NCBI GenBank assembly: GCA_965287045.1
Contig: CBDIYR020000020.1
Location: forward strand, 1,240,001 to 1,304,000
Origin: Carcharhinus amblyrhynchos
Taxonomy: Eukaryota
Direction: 5' to 3'
Length of the DNA stretch: 64,000 bases
The notes under the pieces were generated by a model that was not told the DNA's origin, made no database searches, and was given only the letters and a program-made list of their open reading frames with translations. The position numbers and the translations under genes are program-made. Numbering within the stretch: the stretch's first letter is position 1; every line of letters starts with the position of its first letter. Below are positions 1 through 12,292 of the stretch, piece by piece.

Positions 1-3000
1 TCTAGTCTCACAAATAAAGAGTCACCACTTGAATTTCAAGGGTGAATAAAACATGAACCCCATGTGGAAGCACCTTTAGGAGTTCAGGGAAGAAAAATTG
101 GTAAGTAATTGATTAATTTCCAAAAGAACAATTTATATTTACTTTCTTCTTATTAACACTATTTCTCTGATTCTTGTACCAGGAATCTTTCCCCAACTTA
201 GAACTGAAGGGTTCAGCCATTTTCTTACATGCTAGAAGATTTGCAAAAGGGTCTGAGTGTCTGATGTGTTTTGTGTTCAAACCCTCGCTTTGGGGAAAAG
301 GCAGGATCTCCTATTGCTGAGACAGATGAATTCAGATTAAGGACATCCAGAACTGATTGCATTTGTTTTAGCACAATTCAATACACTTCAATGTTATGTT
401 CTTCCCCTGCAATACCTGATCTCTTTTGTCAGAAGGGTGAAGAGAGTGGAATGGAAACATTCTTTCCATTGTCAGTAGCTCGGTGCAATTGCTCATCTCT
501 GATCTCCAATGTAATAAACGCCACCAAATGTGGTAAAATTCCAGCATCATTTTGGAGAGATTTGTTTTGGAGGTGTGTGTAGGGGAGGTGGGGAGGTAGG
601 GACAGATTCATTCCTGAATCTCCTGCTGCTTTGTGTTGTAGCAGATGCTGCTTTCTTACATGTCTCAACATCGCTCAAATGCCTGACAGATTAACTAGTT
701 CAGTCTGTTCTTTACAGTGCAATGGCCAATACTCTTACACAAATGGGTCACTAACTGCACTCAAATAGTATAGGCAGAAATTTAAGTGGACCTTGTTAAC
801 CTAAAAATAGTGCACAGAAGAATTTATGACTACAATAACAGTGTTGCACACTGTAAAAATCTGGCGGTGTACTGAAAGAGAACAAAATCCCCTTAATTTG
901 GGAGGGAAGGAATCATCTCACTCTCTGACGCACGGTAACCTTAATAAACTCACAATCTGACCTGTTAAGAAATCATGGGTAACATTCCAGATATGCTCTT
1001 TACAATGAGCTTCTCGGAGTACCTATCCCCAAGTATGTTTATTCTGATAAAGGACTCCCTGTACCTGTTATCTATCCTCTCCCCTCCTTTTTAAATCCAG
1101 TGCTATGGATGTTTCCCTGCCTGACAGGGCATAAGGTTTCCAACTGTCCTGAGTATCCAAAAATTAAAAAAATCTCCTAGGCACTGCTGTGACCAACTTA
1201 AAATTAATAGGACATTAAAAAGAACATGTTTTTAAAAAATTGAATATCTTTATGATTACACTTTGGAGATGAGGGGAAATCTTTTTTTTACATTATTTAG
1301 TGGAGATGATGTTTTGAAACCATGGTACATCCACCTCGAGTTGATAATCCCACCTTTGGACATGGATTAGTGCTCTGTTGTCTTGCCAATAATCCTTTTT
1401 CTGGTTTCCAATGCTCATAGAAGCCCAGAATATCAATCATGTCCTGTGCCAGTGACTTGGTTATCGTATAAGAGAAGACATATTCTGCACGCCACATCAG
1501 GTTTACTGTGTTTTAAACTGACCAAACCGAGGGACGTGCAAACTAGGCAGCTTCTGACCTAATCAAAACCTGGCCTGCTGTTGACATAGTGTGGACTGCA
1601 CTACCTCGGTTTCACAGAAATCTGTAAGTATCTAGAATGTAAAACCTAACATCAAACAATCTGATTTTCTTTTGAGAAACACAAGCCAATTCTCCCTCTT
1701 CTGCCTACTTCACACTTGGGTCCAGTGAAGTGGAAGCATCAATCGGCGATTAAAGGTTTTGAATGAAGTTTACATGGGAGCAAAAATCAGAACTTGATTT
1801 ACTCCTAATTGCTACTAGTTCTCTCTCTCCCTTCCTCGCAGGCATTGATGGGCTGCCGCATTCTGAAAATAGAGGGGGCTGGAAATACATGGCACCTTTA
1901 TCAACTCCTGAAAGAAACAAGAAAAACTGATCAATGTTCACCGTCTTTCACCTTTCAGTCATTGACTAACCCAGTACACCTCCAGAGCCCCTCAGTTATA
2001 TTTTTAATATCCACCCTGCCCTTTGTTTCATCATCTTTCCGAAGACTCTTCCAGGAATTCAGTCTTTTGTACAACAGGACGAAAGCAATAGCTGCTGGTT
2101 CTAGCTGGAATGCTGCAGGCCTAAAGCTACAAAACTCAAATTCTGCACCAGCCACAGACAGTTAGAGGACTGTTTTACTCGTTAGATAATACAACAAAGG
2201 CGTAGAATTCCCTTGCCCTGCAAGGTGTACACTGCACAATACATCAGAAAAGAAAAATAATGTATATACATAAAGTTTAAAAAAGGAACTTCTCATTTTC
2301 AGAGGAATCTTGTGTACAGTTCCACCGAAGAAACAGCAGTTAAAGAATTTCAGTTTAAAAATAACAATCTAACATGCATCAAAATATCTGAAATGAACGG
2401 ACCAGGAAAATGGGGCTGGATTGAAGGGGAAGGAGAGAGTCAGGGGTGCTGGTAAATGGTTAGTCGTCAGTCAAACAATACTTGGGTCTTTTTGTCTATT
2501 CTACAGTGGCAATCTTCAGACAGAGCAACCTTCCAATCCATTCTCCAAATACAACTTTATCTTATATCATTACAAATCACAGTATCTTCTTGTATGTATA
2601 AAATTTCAATTCCCGGTATTTCCAAGTCTGCTTCAGGCAGTGATTGCCACTGTCATCCTTAAACATCATGCAACTGCGCAGTCTGTCCACAGAGTGCAGT
2701 GGAGAGCTGCCATTAACTGGTATCAGTGCAATCTCTCCCAGCGCTCACCATTCAATGGGTTCTGCCCTTTTGAGCTTCCCTTATGTGATGCTTACAGATC
2801 TTTCAATCAAAGGAAAACCTTTAGGGTGGAGAGGATTTAGCCATGCAGGGTTAATCATCCTAGGGATTCAGTGAATGCTTTGGGGTATTACAAAACCTTG
2901 TCATTTACTCTGTTTGATAACAAATATAACAGTGAATGATGTAATGGAATAAGTGTGCACGTGCAGGGATTGGATCAGAATTGAGGATAAGATGGAGTGT

Positions 3001-4000
3001 TGCTGTTTCTGTTTGTTGAGTGTATGCTGAAGTTGCCAGTTTAATCAACATATAATCTGAAACTGAGCAGCCCTTATTGGTGACATATTGAGACAACCCC
3101 CACCTTTTCCCTTCTAAGCGACAACAACCACTGACATTTATACCAGTGCGTAACTTAATAGAGCATTCCGAGGTACCTTACTAAACACTGAATACGGCTT
3201 TGGAGAAGAGTTCTGGAGGCAACGGAAGACTTGCCTAAAGAAACAGATTTCAGGGCAAGACATACTGTTTTGGATGAGATTTCATAGGCTTGATGATTAA
3301 AAGGTACGGATTTGAAATAGTGCTTCTGGGAATAACAAGCTGGAGTAGCTTGCTGAGAGCAAGGGTTGTAGATGTTCAGGAATTAATATGGGTTAGGACA
3401 CAGGTGGTAGCGGTCTGGGATTGTTATAGGGTGGAACTTGGTGGCTTTCGAAAGGGACTTGGAAAAGCCAACTGTGGAGGTAAGGAAAAATGAATGAGAA
3501 CATAAGCAACGTAGGGGAAAGATAAAGCAGGCAATATCATGCTAGGGGAAATAGGCCCTGTTGGAGGATGGATTGGATGTAGAGTTTAAAAGTTAACTCA
3601 GGGTACAACAGAACACAATGAAGAAGAAATTCCTCTTGGGAAGTAGCACCAAACAAGCAATAGCAAATTTATAGCCTGTCTTACCCTCCGCTCAATTTTC
3701 CCTACTATTGATACTTTTAGCACTGGAGTGAGTTCTACTTAACTCATTCCAGCTTGGTTGGAGTATGGGGGTGGTGGGAGAGTGGCTGTCATCTCAGTAG
3801 TCTGATACAATTTACATTTCTGCCAAAGTACAAGAGAAGAGGAAAGACACATTAACCTTTTGGATGTGGACCCAGTGCAGGAACTGGAAGATGAGTGAGC
3901 CACTCATTAGAACTGGATTGTATTGAGTTTAACACTATGTATAATACGATTTGCTTTTGAAGATGAAGTGATGTAGAAATCTATAAACAATTCGAACAAT

Positions 4001-4705
4001 GGGCTGAATATCTTGTAAAAGCAGCAGGGTTCTTGGCTGCCGGCTGGAGAGCTGATAAGATCCCTGCATTGCCTACTTATTACAAGTCCCACTGCATCTT
4101 GTGCCAATGAAGCATTTATAACAGGCCAGTGGTGAGCCTGCTCCTGGGATTATGAACCCTGGGGGCAGAAGTCCCATCCACCAAAAGCTGCTAGCCAATC
4201 AGAAGCCAGTAACTCTATTGATGGCAGCACCATTGGGAAGGCAGTGGCTGCTGGAATGACATCCACCCAAGACCTGAATATCATGATGGACCAATGAGTG
4301 ATGGGGTTGTGGATGAGGGATGAGGTGAGGCGGTTGGCAAAAAGGGCACAGGATGGCTTTCAGCATCTCCCCCTCCCCCCATACCAGATCCCCCAATCAA
4401 GCATTGAGCGCCTTTGAGAAGGGGTGCCCTGGGAGCCCACACACAAGGGTTTGCTTGTCATGTTCCCTGCATTACTAGCCCCCTGCCCACAGGTCAGTAC
4501 CAGTGAGAGGGGAATAAGACTCTTAAATCAGCAAAATTGGACACTCAAAGGCCTCAATTGGCGATAGTGTGAGAAGACCATTCACAGGTCTTCCTACCAC
4601 AGGTGGAAGTGGGAAGACAGCATGGTCCTAATCACCACCCTTCTGCCCAATTAAATGCTCCCTCATCACCAAATCTACCATGAGGGAGGGCACAAGATTC
4701 ACCCC
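4001..4705. mobile_element. Non-autonomous DNA-transposon-like (MITE, probably Harbinger-derived) element
   Basis: Imperfect TIRs gggctgaat... / ...agattcacccc. The right end is the reverse complement of the left end of the 27491-28188 element (shared catggt..tttggtg..ggagcatttaat). Confidence 0.55.
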
Positions 4706-4871
4706 AATGGATGTATTTTGGCAAAAGGAAGCATAACAAATACTTTTTGGACAATGTTCCAAGGGTTTGCTTATATTCCAGTTTCTAGTTCCATGTCTTA
4801 AACATTAATCTGCCTCTCTCCTCTCTTAATAAATGCTTTTGGTGCTGTTGTACATATCCAGCATTTTCTGT

Positions 4872-5823
4872 TTTATTTTATATTTCCAATTATTTTCTTA
4901 ACTGTTAGGATGATACTTTAATCCTGTGTACCATCAAAATCCTCCCCTCCCTGGGACACGAGTCACTTGGTTTTAACAGTAAAAATGTGCTTTTCCCCAC
5001 ACCTCCCACTTCCATCCTTGTCCTGCCCCAAGATATCTCTAAGAGAATTTTCATGCACATAAAAACCAGAAACTAGATGAGGAATGGGAGAACCATACCG
5101 TGGCTAACACACTTCCTGTTCCCAGTGACTAATATTTCAATGCACATTTTGTTCAGATGACCAAACATTTTCTTTAACATTGGGAGAAAGAAAATCTCAA
5201 CTATGGAAGTGTACAAGTACATAAGTAAAATGAGTAGCAAACCCACCCTCTCCTGCAGTCTCCACAGTGAACTGACAAACTTTGGATGATTAGAAATATT
5301 TTTGGCTGTCCAACAGAAAATGAGAGACTCCCACGCATGCACGATAGGGGGCATTAGAATGGGGGGGTGGGGAGTGGGTGGGAGGTTGGAGGAAGAATGT
5401 GAGAGATGCTGTGCTTTGATTATACAAGAAGCTCCATTCATCCATATTCATGGATTGAAGGACTGCAACAAGTCTGGGATATTGACTGGGGAAGGGGGGT
5501 CATGATCATGGCACTTCTGGTCATTTACCCTCCTGATTAGAAATGGAGACAAAGGGCAAGGAAAGGAGGAAAACACATAGCATTCAGATCAGCCACAAGA
5601 ACCAGTGATGAGGTGACCCCATGACCCAAGTTTGATTGCTATCCAAGCCCCTTTTGTTTTTCAAAGGAAGTATTCAACGTGCCTGGGTATAAACCCACCA
5701 GGGACAATGTTTGTAGCACTAAAGCTCTCCAATCTCTCTCAGCTTATTTTACAACAGTCAGTGCTTTGAACAAGGTAACAAGCTGCTGGGTTTCTCTGTT
5801 TTCTGCTTTTCCCTTTTCTGTCC
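4872..5823 (-). other. TP73: Probable TP73 3' UTR; end uncertain
   Basis: Unique-looking sequence after the stop codon. Candidate minus-strand poly(A) hexamers are ATTAAA at 4917-4922 and AATAAA at 4872-4877, the latter inside a repeat-like stretch. No transcript evidence. Confidence 0.35.
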
Positions 5824-6126
5824 TTAATTTAGATCATTTTCAGTAAATTCCTCTTTGATTGACTGTTTCCGTGACTTGCAGTCGGGTACATCGAAACCAA
5901 AGTCTCCCCAGTCGTCACCCCGGTTGGGAATGGTAATAGTATGACGCACTCTGAAATGGACAGCCTCCATCACCCGCTGACGCTGCAGCTCCCCACTGAT
6001 TGTGCTGCTGTTGTTGCTGGACCTGATCAGTTGCTGCGAGCTATAGTCATGCCCCTGTTTGAACTCCTGAAGCCCTCTCCAAATCAGAAGACGGTATTGT
6101 TCTGGAATCTTTAGTGCTCCCAGATC
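5824..6126 (-). CDS. TP73: p73 exon 14 coding part (SAM end, transactivation-inhibitory domain, SUMO motif, stop)
   Basis: cattag|GAT CTG...; DLGALKIPEQYRLLIWRGLQEFKQGHDYSSQQLIRSSNNSSTISGELQRQRVMEAVHFRVRHTITIPNRGDDWGDFGFDVPDCKSRKQSIKEEFTENDLN*; TAA at 5824-5826. Confidence 0.96.
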   Translation of the reverse strand, partial: DLGALKIPEQYRLLIWRGLQEFKQGHDYSSQQLIRSSNNSSTISGELQRQRVMEAVHFRVRHTITIPNRGDDWGDFGFDVPDCKSRKQSIKEEFTENDLN

Positions 6127-7531
6127 CTAATGAGGAAGAGAAGGGCAACGTTAAATGATTGAGTAAGAGTACACCAGAGATTTTATTTTGAAATTTATTC
6201 TTGGGATGTGGATATTGCTGCCAACGCCATCATTTACTGCCCATCCTACTTGTCCTGAGAAGGTAGTAGCAAGCCTTCGTAAATCTGTCAGTGACCTAGT
6301 AATCAAACAGTGACACTTGCTAGAAAGTGCTTGAGAGTGGATATTGAGTCAGGATTGGATCAGGCTTAGCTATTGCCCCCATGGTTGGATACCTCCCAGC
6401 ATTCACTGTCTGAGTTCACACAAGAAGATCGGCCACTTGAGCAACCTACAAAAAGGCAGATTGCATCCAAGGACATCTATGGGCCTGTACCTGAGTAAGT
6501 GACACCACTAAAGATAGACTGACCTCCCTAGAAGGGCTTCTTCTTGGAACTAATGGAATAGGCAGCACCAGGAAAGGGGTTGGAGTGGTAATACAGTAGT
6601 TTTGGCAACTTTCACAGGAACATTCAGGTTATCTCCCAAATTCCCATAAGGTGTGTCCACCCCTGGACAACATGGTCAGAAAGGAGGGAGGAAGTAGGAC
6701 AAATAAAAAAAAGAAGAACCTATTGAAAGAAAGGAAAGTGAAGCATTTACAGATTGAGGGATTAGAAGTTATTCTGATTTCCTTTGAACTCCCCAATGGC
6801 TTTGTTAGTAAACAGTGCGTAACTGAGCAACGAAAAGCAGAAATCCCAATCCATGCTTAGTTAGCTAGTCACTGGTAAGTTGCAGTTGTGGTGCTAGAAT
6901 TGGCCTCAGTGCCTGAGGGCTGTGGAGGGGTAAGAACATCGGGTGGGGTTCGTGTTTCTTATTGCAATCCTGTGCTCCCCTGCTTGATTGTGCATGTGCC
7001 GACATCCAGCAAGGACTGGATCAGCTTAAGCTGGTATCATTGGGACAAGTGAATCAAAAATCAACACCTTCATTGAAGGAGGAACAGGGAAAAGTGTACT
7101 TAGGAGACAAGAAAAATCATTTGATTAATAGGATGAAGAAATGGGCATAATTCTACACTTAAGTGTATAAAAAAAAACTAATGTGTCTTTAATAAAAGGA
7201 TCAGCAACTCAAGCTCCAGTGTAGCCTGATGCTACACTGATAGGTTCCTGACTTTGCCTGGCTTACTAAGAGGCTGTTCCATGGAGAGGTATGTAGCTTA
7301 TTGAGGGATCTCTCCTTCCTTGTGATGGGAATCCTCCACCTCTTAAGTGCTTCACCAAACTGGTGTGGGTAGAATCAAGAATTTGGAGGCATGTGGAAGT
7401 CTGGCTTCAAACTGATGTACAACCAATCCATGGGCCACACCTTTGCATCATAAAATGTATCACTTTTCAGAAAAGGGATCCAGCTGTCGTTATCTCCATT
7501 CATAAACCACCTAAGTATTTGTAAACAGTAC

Positions 7532-7625
7532 CTCCAAGGAAAGGTTCTGCAAGTGGTACATAGTCTGCAGCCCTTGTGAGGTGAAATATTCCAGACAGTT
7601 AGGACAGCCCAGACCTGTTAAAAAA
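7532..7625 (-). CDS. TP73: p73 exon 13 (SAM domain, N-terminal part)
   Basis: tcatag|T TTT...TTG GAG|gtactg; FLTGLGCPNCLEYFTSQGLQTMYHLQNLSLE; 94 nt. Confidence 0.96.
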
Positions 7626-8379
7626 CTATGAAAGAAAATTCAATAAACACACAGAATGAGGCTGACTACAAAACATTACAGGTTTATTAAGTCTGAATGG
7701 GCTGACCAGAAAATATTACAGGTTGATTGACCAGAAATTGTTACAGGTTTATTGAACTAAATGGTGATACATGGTTGGGGCTTCTTGGAAAACATCATCT
7801 ACCCAACTAATACTGCATTTGTTGTTTTCACGAACCTAACCTCCCCATTTGCTTTTAAAAAAAAGTTGACTCAAACATTTCCATAGCTGCTAGCCACGTT
7901 CTGATGCCTTTCTCTTCCAACATGATTTTTATTCACCTTAGAACCTCAACAGTGAATGTTGGCAGGTTTGGCTGTGAGAGGCATTGCAGTCAAGACCGAT
8001 CCTGTCCTCACCTGCAGTGCTCACTTTCCAACAGGAGTTGTTGAATTGTGAGCAGGAGGGCTAACTTGAATAAATTCCTCTCTTTTCTGATCCAGAGGCA
8101 CCGAGGTCAACTGTGGCACCACTCCTACTGCTACACTGACTGGGATCAGCTAAAAGCAGATAGAGGATTATACCATGGAGCCTTACTGGCTAAGCTTCCA
8201 TTGTTTCATCAGGGTATGTCATTGGGAAAGGTATTTCTGTTTTTCCAAGCCAAAAATTGAATAGCAAGTTACATTAAATGAGCGTGAGGTTAATGATACG
8301 ATATACAATTAGGAAAGAATCACCCACAGCTGATCACCTGAAGAAGTATACGTGGCATAAGAGAGAGAAGGCTGCTCAC

Positions 8380-8536
8380 CTGACAAGAGCTGGATCTGCA
8401 GTGTATGGTGGGGGAGGAGTGCAGTGTGAGGTTGGCCCCATGCCTGCTGACTGTGAGGAATTTCCTCCGTTGATATTACCATTGGTTGGTATATGATGAT
8501 GGTGATGATGGTGGTGGTTATTCATTATAGTTGGGC
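8380..8536 (-). CDS. TP73: p73 exon 12 (poly-His tract, PPxY motif)
   Basis: ttatag|GC CCA...GTC AG|gtgagc; (G)PTIMNNHHHHHHHHIPTNGNINGGNSSQSAGMGPTSHCTPPPPYTADPALV(S); 157 nt. Confidence 0.95.
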
Positions 8537-10409
8537 CTATAAGAGAAAATACAATATTAATAATTTGAGGGGGATGTCCCTCTATTTCAGTGCTCATTTC
8601 CTCTAGTCTTTACTCTTTATTGGCAGTTGATGAAATGTTTGCAATACTTGCTTCAACTTGTTGGTGTGAAAGTTTTTGTTACAGGAATAATTTGCTCCCC
8701 ATTCTGAACACAAGTGTGGAAATATTATTCATATTTAACAAAATTACCCAAATACACATGAGAAGTGAAAGTTAGAGGTGACTCTATGACCAAAAGAGAG
8801 AAAGGAAGAGCTGTCTTTGCAGGGTGCATATCTCAGGGAATCTTGAACATCGAGCTGCTATTTCCTGAGATCCATTCTCCCAGAATGCTGTTCCACATGG
8901 GGAGCACCAGATTGAAGAATCACCCCTACAACATCACAAAAGCAAAATGCTAGAAACAAGATGTTGGAAATCTGAACAAGTTGGGCTGAATAGCCTGTTT
9001 CCATGCTACAAAGCTCTATGAATCTATGACCTCAGGCAAGATTTTCCGGTTTTGGGGTGAGTGCAGACGGAAAATTCAGCCCATCTCAATCTGATCTGTC
9101 AACTGTCTTTCTCTCCAAAAATACTACCTGACCTGCTGAGATTTTCCAGCATGATTGTTTTTATTGGAGGACTTGCTCTTGTGTATGAGAAAGACTGGAG
9201 ATCCCAACACACAAGGTCCTTATTAAAAGTCAAGCTTTGAATAGCGCACTTCATTGAATGGTTCACCCTCTCTCAGTATTGCAACTTTCTCTGCACTTTA
9301 TTAATAAAGATACAACCAATGCTCATCCTTACTTTCCTCTTTACTTCATTCAAGTTCCAAATTCTCCATGTCATATTCTCTTGTTTCTCCTTATTGTCAC
9401 AGAGGCATTGGAAACTCAGAGTGGAGGCCAAAGTTGCAAATGGTCTGGCTCAGTCTGAGATACTGGCTAGGGAGAGAGATGGGGTCAGTGGCAAAAGTAC
9501 AGAGTTTGTGGTAGGGGCCAAAGATGATTGCTGCCCAGTGGTAAATAGGAGGAAGTCGAAGATTGAATTGCTTTCAAGACTTGATGGTGGACAAGTGGAT
9601 TTGAAAGGACAGGGTTACAACAACCAAGGAGACAGAACCATCTGCAATCTCAGATAGCATAGGGACCAGGAATGAAAGTTAATTGGTCAGGTACTGGGGA
9701 GTCAAGAGAGCAAGAGACGGATCTCAAAGAGAAAGTAAGCTAGAAAGGCATTAGGGAATAAAAGAGAAGGAAGATGTGAGATTAGGGATAAGGCTGTCAG
9801 GATCCTTCAAGGAGGTATAGATTGGTGGGCAAGGGCGGGAATGCAATTAAATGAGATCTTTGAATCTTAATGATAAAACGTTCCATGAATTCCTAGCATT
9901 TGTTACTGTTGGGGAGGATGGAGAGAGTAGAGTGAGAGGCTGAAAGAAATAGTTTGTAGCAGAGAAAAAAAGGCCAGACGTTATTCCTCTCCAAGATGAT
10001 CCTTGAGTACTGGGCAGTTTGGTATGTGAGCCAGATCCAGTGACAAATGGGTCAACCACATCGCACCAGTTACATTCTAGTGTGCCTCCCTGGGATCTAA
10101 AAGAGGTGAAAGTGGGAAATGACTGATATGGGCGAGAGTTTTTTTTTACAGGGGAGAAAAGCATCATAGATGGTGGTGTCTCAATATTACTAAGCAAAAC
10201 GTGATTACAAAAAGATAAGGACACTATCACTGGGTCTGATGTGCAAAGGTTAGATTGAAGCCTGTTACCAGGGTAACATAGGACAAGCTCTCAGAGAAAA
10301 ACAAAAGTGTTCCATTCCCAAGTAATGCTGATTCTAAAGGTTGACAAGTGTGCACATTCTAACAAGACGCAAACATCTGCAGAAACACACAGCGTCTGTG
10401 CTTAGTTAC

Positions 10410-10555
10410 CCATGTGTCCAAGGTTGGCTGAGGTACTCGGGCTGTGTTGGGAGGGCTGTCCCACCAGTTGGTTGACAGAGGGCAGTTTGTTCATCATGTT
10501 GGGGATCTTGTTTGTAGGCGGTATCACTGCACCATAGGAAGATGAAGCCTGCTGC
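10410..10555 (-). CDS. TP73: p73 exon 11
   Basis: ttgagtag|G CAG...ATG G|gtaact; QQASSSYGAVIPPTNKIPNMMNKLPSVNQLVGQPSQHSPSTSANLGHM; conserved MNKLPSVNQLVGQP motif; 146 nt. Confidence 0.93.
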
Positions 10556-11432
10556 CTACTCAAAACAACAACGAAAACATCAATTAGAATGATTTAAAGA
10601 CTTGGAAAGAAAATGTATTCTACATATTACACAAAAAGAGAGAAACTTCCCTTGAGTCATTACAGGAATGCATGGTAAAGCTATACAAAAGGAATTGGAA
10701 TGGGACTGAGCTACCCAAAATGGGAAAGCTAAAGGTTCATTCTTTGGATGGTGTTGAGCTAGCTTACTCACAATAACCCAGAACCAGAGAGAGAAACCTA
10801 CAAAAGTTATCAGTCCTGAAAGCTACCCATGATGCCCACTAAGAAGCAAGTGTGGGAAAATGTCAGTTGAAGCCAGGATTACAGCTTGATTTCAACACCC
10901 ACCACAGTTGAATAGCTTGCAAACACTCACTGTTGAAGAATGGTGACTCAGGCAAGATATTACAAGGCTGCAGATGCTTGTGGAACCATAACTCAGCAAG
11001 AGCCGATGGCGTCCAGAAAGGAACGGAGGGAATAATGGGCAGTAATTTGCTCCTATGTGGCTCAATATGCAACATGTAAATGTGCTCTTTCCCAAGCTTT
11101 ACTGTTCCTATAATTCACTTTGGGCTGACTATTGTGAAATTACTGATTGAAATGTGGGAGAGTGAACCTGTGAGTAATACCATCAAGCTCTTCACACTCC
11201 AGTGAGATTTGAGTAAGGAAAAAGCTAACAAGCAGGCTTGTGTCACAACAAATTCTGTCACCTGGACATCAGAATTGGGCAGGGTCATGTCTCTGCTGAT
11301 GGTTATTTTTCATTGAAAGAGACTGTTGTGTGTTGAGGTATTTGAATTTAAAAATGAAGGAGGTGGGGGCTGGTGGGGAATTTTAGAAATAAGCATCAGA
11401 AATAATGGGATTTTCCGAGTGTAGATACTGAC

Positions 11433-11557
11433 TGGCGCTGTAGCAATTGCTGTTGCTGCTGCCGGTATGAGTCGATAAGTTGCTGAGGTACCAATTCCAT
11501 CAACTCCAGGCTCTCCTTGATCTTCATGAGGATTTCAAAATTCTCTCGTCCTCGTAC
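11433..11557 (-). CDS. TP73: p73 exon 10 (oligomerization domain)
   Basis: ctgcag|GTA...CGC CA|gtcagt; [41 protein letters not shown]; 125 nt. Confidence 0.96.
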
Positions 11558-12292
11558 CTGCAGGAAAAGATTAAGACCATCACACTCATTTCTATTGTAT
11601 CGCTTACAATAATAATGTGACAACGTTGATTGACCTATTCCCTCTATAATCCAGGGCAAGTTGCAATGCCCCAACTGTTACTCAATACAAAATCAACTAA
11701 CTCAGCACAGATTGAAACTGGGACCTTCCTGGTTTATTTTAACCAAAGGAGCTAATAAATCTGTTGGTGTAACTCATCCCATTGATGAGAAGCTATAAGA
11801 GAACTGCTAGCTTTTGGAAACCATTGTATTTTGATTCAGTTTTAATCGGTTTGAAAAACTAGAAACAGGATTTCTGACCAGGCCCTTAATTCTACAATGT
11901 GAAATTTTGCTAGCAAGCTCAAAGACCAGAAACTTACCATAGCAAATAGTCACAATGGGACTATATTCCCAAGGTGGTGGGCATGTGATTTACTCAGTGT
12001 TTTTCCATGACTAAGTCACATCCCTTGTCACAGTTGTGGGCTCATTGCACAAATACTGGTACACTAATTGTCGTTTAACAGCCAATTTCAATCAGTGAAG
12101 TCTGTGGAAAATGGCAATACTGCACTGATACAATTGGGTTGCTCTTCTGAGGTTGAAGGTGAGGCATGTTGTTGCAGCAGAGTACAAGAAAAGATATTTT
12201 GCAACATGTCTAAGTTCTTCCTGACTTGAGAATGCTTGATGCTGACACTGGACATTCAAATTGAAAAATGTACCTTTGCTCAACACTTGGCG

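Noticed and set aside
271-3493. A second gene downstream of TP73 from the short ORFs
   Set aside because: The translations show no recognisable domain, no consistent splice phases and composition typical of non-coding DNA.
10556-11432. TP63-gamma-like alternative terminal exon in intron 10
   Set aside because: No recognisable homologous coding segment. Only a short read-through ([11 protein letters not shown]) exists, without supporting evidence.
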